Below are positions 1 to 7,585 of a stretch of DNA of 14,203 nucleotides, piece after piece (position 1 is the stretch's first letter; each line of letters opens with the position of its first letter). The DNA is from Candidatus Nanopusillus sp. GTDB lineage: Archaea; Nanobdellota; Nanobdellia; Nanobdellales; Nanobdellaceae. The stretch lies in the NCBI GenBank assembly GCA_036845085.1, contig DAIUEN010000016.1, positions 1 to 14,203 on the forward strand. The letters are read 5' to 3'. The translations under genes were made by a program, and so were the position numbers. The notes under the pieces were generated by a model, which searched no databases, was not told the origin of the DNA, and saw nothing but the letters and a program-made list of their open reading frames with translations.

Positions 1-78
1 GTCCAGACATTATATAACTATTATTCATATAAAATATTAGATTATAAATTTTTATATTTGTATTTTAAATTATTTTTT

Positions 79-756
79 ATGTTGTTCTTAAACCTCAAAG
101 CAATAGTAATAGATCTAGACGGAACATTAGTGGATACCATACCAATATTTGAAAAAATACACAAAGAAATATTGAAAAGATATGGGATAGTATTACAAGA
201 TAGTTTAGATACAAATGGTTCTTCACCAAAAGAAATGATATATTTATTATCAAAAAAATATAACATAGAATTGAATTATGAAAAAATATTAGAAGAAGCT
301 GAAAACATATTTTTAGAAAAATATATAGATAATGTAAAATTTACTCCTGGTGCTAAAGAATTTTTAATTTATATAAAAGAAAAGAAATATAAATTGGGTT
401 TATATACATCCAATTCAAAAAAATTAGCATCTGCAATATTAGACAAATTAGGTATAAGAACTATGTTTGATTGTATAATTACTGGGAATGATATAAATAA
501 TTTAAAACCAGAACCTGATGGATATTTAAAAATATTAGAATGTTTAAATGTTAAACCCTATGAAGTGATAGCTATAGAAGATTCAATATATGGGGTTATT
601 TCTGCAAAAAGAGCGGGAATTAATGTTATAGCTGTTTTAACTGGAGTCAGTAAGAAAAAAGAACTAGCTTCTGTAGGAGCGACTTTAATATTTAAAAACC
701 TTAAAGAACTAAAAAAGTATTTTGAAGATCAAGATAAATACAACAATCATCAGTAA
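79..756 (+). CDS. HAD-superfamily hydrolase, subfamily IA (beta-phosphoglucomutase / phosphoglycolate phosphatase-like)
   Basis: The ORF-track protein carries the four HAD motifs: DLDGTLVDT (DxDxT), LYTSN (S/T), NLKPEPDGY (Lys) and EDSIYGVISAKRAG (acidic motif IV). The track starts at a TTG (58). The in-frame ATG at 79 (MLFLNLKAIVIDLDG) lies ~25 nt downstream of a TATA-like tttatattt element, so 79 is the likelier, leaderless start. Confidence 0.8.
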   Translation: MLFLNLKAIVIDLDGTLVDTIPIFEKIHKEILKRYGIVLQDSLDTNGSSPKEMIYLLSKKYNIELNYEKILEEAENIFLEKYIDNVKFTPGAKEFLIYIKEKKYKLGLYTSNSKKLASAILDKLGIRTMFDCIITGNDINNLKPEPDGYLKILECLNVKPYEVIAIEDSIYGVISAKRAGINVIAVLTGVSKKKELASVGATLIFKNLKELKKYFEDQDKYNNHQ

Positions 757-933
757 AATAATTATAGATATAATTAATAATTTTTCGTTATTCGAAAATA
801 TTATTGGTATGGGACCTATTAATATTACACCAGCATAATTTACATTTCCAATATTATAAAAAAAGTAAAGTAATATTAGTATAAAGCCAATTATTATTAA
901 TAATATTCCCAACAATAAGAATATTTCCTTCAT
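709..933 (-). CDS. Small integral membrane protein, 74 aa, two or three hydrophobic spans; resembles the archaeal DUF131/TIGR00304-type family by its GVILIGPIPIIF motif
   Basis: The ORF is strongly hydrophobic. Its ATG overlaps the upstream gene's TGA in an ATGA arrangement at 930-933, suggesting translational coupling. The family assignment is from memory of the G-x-IGPIPI motif only. Its 3' end overlaps the convergent HAD gene by 48 nt. Confidence 0.5.
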   Translation of the reverse strand: MKEIFLLLGILLIIIGFILILLYFFYNIGNVNYAGVILIGPIPIIFSNNEKLLIISIIILLMIVVFILIFKILF

Positions 934-1199
934 ATTAATTTTAATTTATAGAAATGTGTATGACCAAAATGTATTATAAGATCTATTCCATATTTGTCTA
1001 ACCACACAGGTATATCACATCCTCCAAAATTTGATCCTAAATATATGAAAAATTCTGTCTCTGGGTACTTCTTAGATAGTATATCATATATTTCTTTTGA
1101 ATATGGTTTTAATCCATCAGGAAATTGTAATAAAACTCTTTTATATTTTTTCTTATCTAAGACTTCATATATTTTTTCTAATTGAAAATCTATCTCCAT
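930..1199 (-). CDS. dph2: Diphthamide synthase Dph2 (2-(3-amino-3-carboxypropyl)histidine synthase), N-terminal ~90-residue fragment only
   Basis: KRVLLQFPDGLK...YLGSNFGGCDIP...GIDLIIHFGHTHF matches the N-terminus of archaeal Dph2, including the first of the three Fe-S ligand cysteines. Full-length archaeal Dph2 is ~330-340 aa; this ORF stops at 89 aa. It overlaps minD by 10 nt upstream and the next ORF by ATGA downstream. Confidence 0.7.
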   Translation of the reverse strand: MEIDFQLEKIYEVLDKKKYKRVLLQFPDGLKPYSKEIYDILSKKYPETEFFIYLGSNFGGCDIPVWLDKYGIDLIIHFGHTHFYKLKLI

Positions 1200-1954
1200 C
1201 TAAATATACTAAAAATCTTATCTAATAACCCTTTCTTTTCTCCTTCTATATTTTTTCCAGTAAATTTCAAAACAATTTTTTCTATATCTTTAGCCGCTAT
1301 AGAGTCTGGGTATAAGTCGACTAAAGGTACACCAATTTCCATACTTTCTTCAACATATTTATCTTCATGTATTATACCATATATTGGCTTCGTTAAAAAC
1401 ATTTCTAACTTATGTAAAGGTATTTTCTTATCTTCTCTAAATCTGTTTAATATAACTCCAAGAATTTTTATATTTAATTTCTCTGAAACTTTTATAACAC
1501 GATATGCATCTAATAAAGCAGATTTTTTTGGATTTGTTACTATAAATATTTCATCCGCATATTTAATCGCTTCTAAAGCCTCTCTTCCAATACCTGCAGC
1601 AGAATCAATTATAATATAGTCATAATCATTATAAAGTTCTTGTATACCATAGTATATTTTACTTATATCAGTATAAACAATATCTTCGATTCTTAAACTT
1701 CCAGGTATTATATCTAAATTTTCTCTGAAATTGTGGATACAATCTCTTATACCAATTTCCCCCCTCAAAAACTTGTGAATATTTTTATTGTTATCTCTTA
1801 TTCTTAAGTTAATTGAAATATTCGGAGTAGATAAATTATAATCTATTAATAAAGTTTTAAATTCTAATATAGATAGATATCTAGAGAAATTTATAGAAAA
1901 GAAAGTTTTTCCGACACCACCTTTTCCAGAAGTTATAGTAATAACATTAGCCAT
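1190..1954 (-). CDS. minD: MinD/ParA/FlhG-family P-loop ATPase
   Basis: It has the deviant Walker A SGKGGVGKT at the N-terminus, a switch II/Walker B motif IIIDSAAG, and the typical 254-aa length. Its ATG overlaps the upstream stop as TAATG at 1952-1956. Confidence 0.85.
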   Translation of the reverse strand: MANVITITSGKGGVGKTFFSINFSRYLSILEFKTLLIDYNLSTPNISINLRIRDNNKNIHKFLRGEIGIRDCIHNFRENLDIIPGSLRIEDIVYTDISKIYYGIQELYNDYDYIIIDSAAGIGREALEAIKYADEIFIVTNPKKSALLDAYRVIKVSEKLNIKILGVILNRFREDKKIPLHKLEMFLTKPIYGIIHEDKYVEESMEIGVPLVDLYPDSIAAKDIEKIVLKFTGKNIEGEKKGLLDKIFSIFRWR

Positions 1955-2397
1955 TATATGTTCTTTAATTCCTCATTTAAAGACCTTATATTTTCTATAA
2001 TAGATTTAAAAAATTTTATATCAACTGTTTCTTCGTAATTTAAACTTCTAAATTTTATTAACATATTTTTTCTGAATTCATTAGATATTATTATCTCGCT
2101 TTTAGAATACTTTTTAAGCTTTGGATAATTTGATAATATCTCTACTATTTTCGGATTTTCTATTTTTTCTAAAAATAATTTATACTTTTTCATACTTTCT
2201 TCAGGGATTTCTTCTATCTTTTTTTCTTCTAAAAACTTATTTAAAAAGTATTCTATTATAAACTCAAAATAATCTACAATATTTTGTATTAAATTTTTTA
2301 CATTTTCGTAACCTTTATTATTTTTTAAAGAAACATTGTAAATATGCATTACTGTATTATATAATCTCTTATATTCTGGATCTTCTACAATCGACAT
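1954..2397 (-). CDS. Hypothetical protein, 147 aa, predicted helical and K/E-rich
   Basis: This is a long ORF with the same codon bias as its neighbours, coupled by a 1-nt overlap to minD. I recognise no motif in it. Confidence 0.55.
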   Translation of the reverse strand: MSIVEDPEYKRLYNTVMHIYNVSLKNNKGYENVKNLIQNIVDYFEFIIEYFLNKFLEEKKIEEIPEESMKKYKLFLEKIENPKIVEILSNYPKLKKYSKSEIIISNEFRKNMLIKFRSLNYEETVDIKFFKSIIENIRSLNEELKNI

Positions 2398-2546
2398 CCT
2401 AAGTAAATATTCAATAAGATTAGTATTATGGCAAATACAAATACCAACATTATAAATTTTTTACCATCTATTGTTATTATAGAATCTTCTTTTTTAATAT
2501 TAAATTTTCCAAATATTTGAGGAGACATTTCCCTACTTTCCACCAT
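2385..2546 (-). CDS. Possible small membrane protein, 53 aa from ATG 2546 or 47 aa from the second ATG at 2528; below the ORF-track size cutoff
   Basis: Manual translation of the minus strand gives MVESREMSPQIFGKFNIKKEDSIITIDGKKFIMLVFVFAIILILLNIYLGCRL*. It has one clear transmembrane helix. It overlaps the start of the 147-aa ORF by 13 nt and fills an otherwise empty 150-nt gap. Confidence 0.35.
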   Translation of the reverse strand: MVESREMSPQIFGKFNIKKEDSIITIDGKKFIMLVFVFAIILILLNIYLGCRL

Positions 2547-2547
2547 A

Positions 2548-2560
2548 TTTATATATTTTA
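2548..2560. promoter_or_regulatory. AT-rich TATA-like element (tttatatatttta) placed to drive the GC-rich RNA at 2581 (+), and possibly the minus-strand operon
   Basis: An archaeal TATA consensus (TTTAWATA) lies ~25-30 nt upstream of the first G of the terminal helix at 2581. The same palindromic AT stretch lies ~25 nt upstream of the second ATG (2528) of the small minus-strand ORF. Confidence 0.4.
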
Positions 2561-2580
2561 AAAATAAAGCTTATTAAATA

Positions 2581-2812
2581 GGTGCCCGTTGGAAAGTCCG
2601 CCTACCGTTAAAAACGCCCGGAAAACCGGGGGGAAGGAATTCCCGGCAACGCCACAGAAACCCAGGGGTGTATACCGATGAAGATGAAAGGTTAAGATCT
2701 TGAGGCAACTCAAGATCAACCTGGAGAGGTATACACTACCTTGAAAGGGCGTCCCGTTGGTAAAAGGATAGCCGATAAGAAAAATATATACTAAAGGCGG
2801 CTTACGGGCACC
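2581..2812 (+). ncRNA. rnpB: Candidate RNase P RNA, unusually small (~232 nt) and architecturally reduced
   Basis: The region is a GC-rich island. A terminal 9-bp helix pairs 2581-2589 with 2804-2812. CR-I GGAAAGUCCGCC sits at 2591-2602 and a CR-V-like ACUAAAGGCGGCUUA at 2790-2804. P4 pairs 2594-2602 with 2796-2803 and has the canonical bulged U at 2597. Internal elements resemble P8, P9, P11 and P12, with CR-II-like ACAGAAA and CR-III-like GAAAGGG. The ORF-track ORF 2558..2869 across it is spurious. Confidence 0.75.
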
Positions 2813-4467
2813 TAATAAGATTTTCCAGCATATACATAATATTTTGCTTCTCTTCCACAGAAAATACATTTTTTTCCATCAGCCTTTTCAGGATTATTAT
2901 AATCTATCCCTCTTATATCGATAGAGAATGCCCTTTTAGCATTTTCTGCACATTTTTCATCCATACAAAATGGTATTTTAAAGGCTAACTTATTTCCTAA
3001 ATTATTCTTTAATTCATCTAAACTTTCTATTTTTATAATTTTACTTTTTATATATTCTTGCGATCTATTTTTTAATTCCTTTTCATAGTCTGATATTATA
3101 TTTTCTAAAGATGAAAGTAAATATGTAAAATCTATTTCATATTTTTGAGATTGAGAATTAAATTTCCTAACAGATACAATAACAGTATTATTTTCAACCT
3201 CTTTTTTACCTATTTCTATCCTTATCGGAACTCCCATTTTTTCATATTCATTAAATTTCCATCCTGGGGTTCTATCTTCAGACAAATCTAATTTAACTCT
3301 ATATTTATCTTTGAGGATATTATATATTTTATTACAATAATCTAATATTTTAGAATTATCATATTCTTTTTGATATATTGGGATTATAACAATTTGTATA
3401 GGAGCTAAATTAAATGGTAATATCAATCCAATATCATCTCCATGTATAGATATTACTGCTGCTAATGTTCTCATTGAGATCCCAAAAGAAGTCTGCCATA
3501 CGTATTTTTTGTTTACTAATTTTACATCTTTAACATTTTTGTAAAAAATATCTAAAATTGTATTTACTAAGTCTACATTATCTTCAGATATCTCTCCTTG
3601 ATAGTATATTTTAGATTTTATTATTAAATTTCCTCCAGTAATAGTTAGTAAATCTCTATCTATTTCAAAAACATATCTATGTCCATTTTCATCGTATGAC
3701 TCAAATTTATTTTTATCTATCTTAACTAGAGGATGTCTATCTTCGAATACTATATTATAAGCTTTAGAAAAATTCCTTCCCAATAAATGAGTAGTACCTA
3801 TCTGCAAGAATTTACCATCTGGTAATATTGTATCAGCAGCCATGGTATAATCAGCTCCAGCAAACTTATCCCAATCAGGTCTCATAACCCAGAAGTGTGG
3901 AATTGATAAAAATTCCCAAAATATTTTAGAATATATTTCCATAGATTTAACAATCATTCTTTCAGCATCGTCTCTATCTTTATGAACAGTATGGGCTTCG
4001 TTCCAAAGTATTTCTCTCCCTCTTATCAAAGGTTTTGTAGCTTTTGTTTCATATCTGTATACAGTATTAGTCATATAAGTCAATAATGGAAGGTCTCTAT
4101 AAGATTTAATCCAAAGAGAAAACATATAATACATTTCTGTTTCTGAAGTAGGTCTTAGAATATAAACTGTTTCCACTTCTTCTTCTACAGGATTCGATGG
4201 CTTAACATAAAAAACTTCTTTCTCAAATCCCTTTATATGTTCGCTCTCTTTCCTAAATATTTCATAGGGTATTAATATTGGAAACCAATATGCTGAAAAT
4301 CCTTCACTATCCAACAATTTTTCTAATTCTGAAAGAATTTTTTTTATCATAAAATATCCATAGTTCGTATAAACAGGCATTCCTTTTATAGGATATCTAT
4401 CATCAATTATTTTAGTATCTCTTATAATATTGTTATACCATTCTGAAAAGTCTTCATCTTTCTTCAT
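2812..4467 (-). CDS. proS: Prolyl-tRNA synthetase, archaeal/eukaryote-like class IIa, with a C-terminal Cys-cluster domain and terminal Tyr
   Basis: The N-terminus FSEWYNNII...RYPIKG, the motif-2 region RYETKATKPLIRGREILWNEAH, YVWQTSFGIS...IHGDD.GLILP, the anticodon-binding region, CMDEKC...CIFCG and the C-terminal ...AGKSY all match archaeal-type ProRS. It contains an extra ~75-aa segment (aa ~243-321). Confidence 0.93.
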   Translation of the reverse strand: MKKDEDFSEWYNNIIRDTKIIDDRYPIKGMPVYTNYGYFMIKKILSELEKLLDSEGFSAYWFPILIPYEIFRKESEHIKGFEKEVFYVKPSNPVEEEVETVYILRPTSETEMYYMFSLWIKSYRDLPLLTYMTNTVYRYETKATKPLIRGREILWNEAHTVHKDRDDAERMIVKSMEIYSKIFWEFLSIPHFWVMRPDWDKFAGADYTMAADTILPDGKFLQIGTTHLLGRNFSKAYNIVFEDRHPLVKIDKNKFESYDENGHRYVFEIDRDLLTITGGNLIIKSKIYYQGEISEDNVDLVNTILDIFYKNVKDVKLVNKKYVWQTSFGISMRTLAAVISIHGDDIGLILPFNLAPIQIVIIPIYQKEYDNSKILDYCNKIYNILKDKYRVKLDLSEDRTPGWKFNEYEKMGVPIRIEIGKKEVENNTVIVSVRKFNSQSQKYEIDFTYLLSSLENIISDYEKELKNRSQEYIKSKIIKIESLDELKNNLGNKLAFKIPFCMDEKCAENAKRAFSIDIRGIDYNNPEKADGKKCIFCGREAKYYVYAGKSY

Positions 4468-4492
4468 TAAAATTTATATTATGGCATAACTC

Positions 4493-4500
4493 TTTATAAA
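4493..4500. promoter_or_regulatory. Palindromic TATA box tttataaa, ~30 nt upstream of the proS ATG (leaderless mRNA likely)
   Basis: The element has a consensus archaeal TATA sequence and suitable spacing to the ATG at 4467 on the minus strand. Confidence 0.35.
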
Positions 4501-4560
4501 AATTCTCGATATTTAATTTTTAAATTTTGCCATTGTATTAGTGATATATTCATATAATGA

Positions 4561-4586
4561 CCTCTCTTATGCAATCATAAGAGAGG
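4561..4586 (+). repeat. Perfect 10-bp inverted repeat cctctcttat / ataagagagg with a 6-nt loop, just upstream of the 23S processing stem
   Basis: Read directly from the sequence: 4561-4570 is the reverse complement of 4577-4586. Confidence 0.8.
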
Positions 4587-4606
4587 GATCCTGATTAAAA
4601 GATGAA

Positions 4607-4631
4607 GGGGTAAAGGGGTCTATATACCCCA
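4607..4631 (+). other. 5' strand of the 23S pre-rRNA processing helix; pairs with 7536-7560
   Basis: ggggtaaaggggtctatatacccca is complementary to tggggtatatagacccttttacccc (7536-7560) over 25 bp, with one G-U pair. Confidence 0.85.
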
Positions 4632-7535
<2,904 letters not shown>

Positions 7536-7560
7536 GTGGGGTATATAGACCCTTTTACCC
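7536..7560 (+). other. 3' strand of the 23S processing helix, followed by a T-rich tract (7573-7577) that is a plausible terminator
   Basis: It is complementary to 4607-4631. An oligo-T stretch (aatttttatt) follows immediately downstream. Confidence 0.8.
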
Positions 7561-7585
7561 CAGATCAAATTAATTTTTATTGTTA

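Noticed and set aside
42-266. 74-aa minus-strand ORF antisense to the HAD gene
   Set aside because: It is fully embedded antisense in a gene with clear HAD motifs. In AT-rich DNA such antisense ORFs arise readily, and it has no motif.
994-1619. Plus-strand ORFs 994..1185 and 1182..1619
   Set aside because: They are antisense to the Dph2 fragment and the MinD-like gene, both of which have clear homology. Their sequences are low-complexity and S/I/F-rich.
2654-2663. ACAGAAACCC as the CR-V / 3' strand of P4
   Set aside because: It does not pair with the CR-I strand (CCGCC needs GGCGG). The perfect partner GGCGGCUU is at 2796-2803, next to the terminal helix. The internal ACAGAAA fits CR-II (J11/12) better.
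2585-2766. Internal direct repeat CCCGUUGG(U)AAA(A)G at 2585-2596 and 2753-2766 within the RNA
   Set aside because: It is real in the sequence, but I cannot assign a function. It is probably a coincidence of P1/J and P10/P5-strand composition, or an alternative pairing register. It is noted only as a caveat to my hand fold.
2581-2812. Alternative reading of the GC island as SRP (7S) RNA, prompted by the GGAA tetraloop hairpin and terminal helix
   Set aside because: I could not find a helix-8-type symmetric/asymmetric loop pair (AGCA/GGAA context) or Alu-domain loops. By contrast, GGAAAGUCCGCC / GGCGGCUUA with a bulged-U P4 is diagnostic for RNase P. The minus-strand reading would give UUCC and UUGC loops and no known motif.
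2558-2869. 103-aa ORF spanning the GC-rich island antisense to the RNA and running into proS
   Set aside because: It covers the structured RNA, which has conserved RNase P motifs and helices. Its composition is atypical, it overlaps the proS 3' end, and it has no protein motif.
4540-4606. Possible C/D-box sRNA or K-turn in the 23S leader (GUGAUAU..., CUGA at 4591-4594, GAUGA at 4601-4605)
   Set aside because: Box spacing and sequences do not fit the C/D' /C'/D architecture. The GAUGA has an extra A before the stem and no GA partner on the 3' flank.
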